Below are positions 34,859-34,949 of a stretch of DNA of 34,949 nucleotides, piece after piece. Source of the stretch: Acidobacteriota bacterium (GTDB taxonomy: Bacteria; Acidobacteriota; UBA6911; JACQSX01); assembly GCA_036507075.1 (NCBI GenBank), contig DASXQR010000196.1, positions 1 to 34,949 of the forward strand, written 5' to 3'. How positions within the stretch are numbered: position 1 is the first letter of the stretch; each line of letters begins with the position of its first letter. The position numbers and the translations under genes were made by a program. The notes beneath the pieces are model-generated. The model saw only the letters and a list, made by a program, of their open reading frames with translations. It ran no database searches and had not been told where the DNA came from.

Positions 34859-34938
34859 GTACCGCGATCCGTAAGGTCGCGGCGCGCCATGCAATGAGCC
34901 GCGAGGCCAGCGCGCCGCGACCTTACGGATCGCGGTAC
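34859..34938. repeat. REP doublet with perfect 29-bp arms
   Basis: gtaccgcgatccGTAAggtcgcggcgcgc at 34859-34887 and its exact reverse complement at 34910-34938. Confidence 0.88.
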
Positions 34939-34949
34939 AGCGGCTGTGT

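Overview
GC-rich bacterial chromosomal segment, probably Acidobacteriota (inferred from two Oar-like TonB-dependent receptors with an N-terminal carboxypeptidase-regulatory-like domain and an FG-GAP/ASPIC-UnbV protein). It holds about 18 credible genes. (i) + strand: TonB receptor and a divergent NagB/6PGL-fold protein. (ii) - strand: sugar ABC transporter, myo-inositol oxygenase and a PfkB kinase. (iii) - strand five-gene envelope cluster: NHL/IPT surface protein, exported caspase-like C14 protease with PEGA and TPR regions, TonB receptor, FecR/DUF928-like protein and CHASE2 adenylyl cyclase, a candidate trans-envelope protease/cAMP signalling system. (iv) - strand: second sugar ABC transporter, aguB and aguA. 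(v) + strand: CRTAC1-like protein. Nearly every intergenic gap contains a long imperfect palindrome from several unrelated families (6-, 7-, 9- and 10-nt periodic arms, GNRA-capped REP doublets, MITE-like inverted repeats), often nested inside one another. Some have entered coding sequence: a perfect 41-bp inverted repeat sits in frame inside the caspase, and one palindrome encodes most of a signal peptide. I found no transposase, integrase, CRISPR array, tRNA or rRNA. All family calls come from motif recognition by eye; no searches were run.
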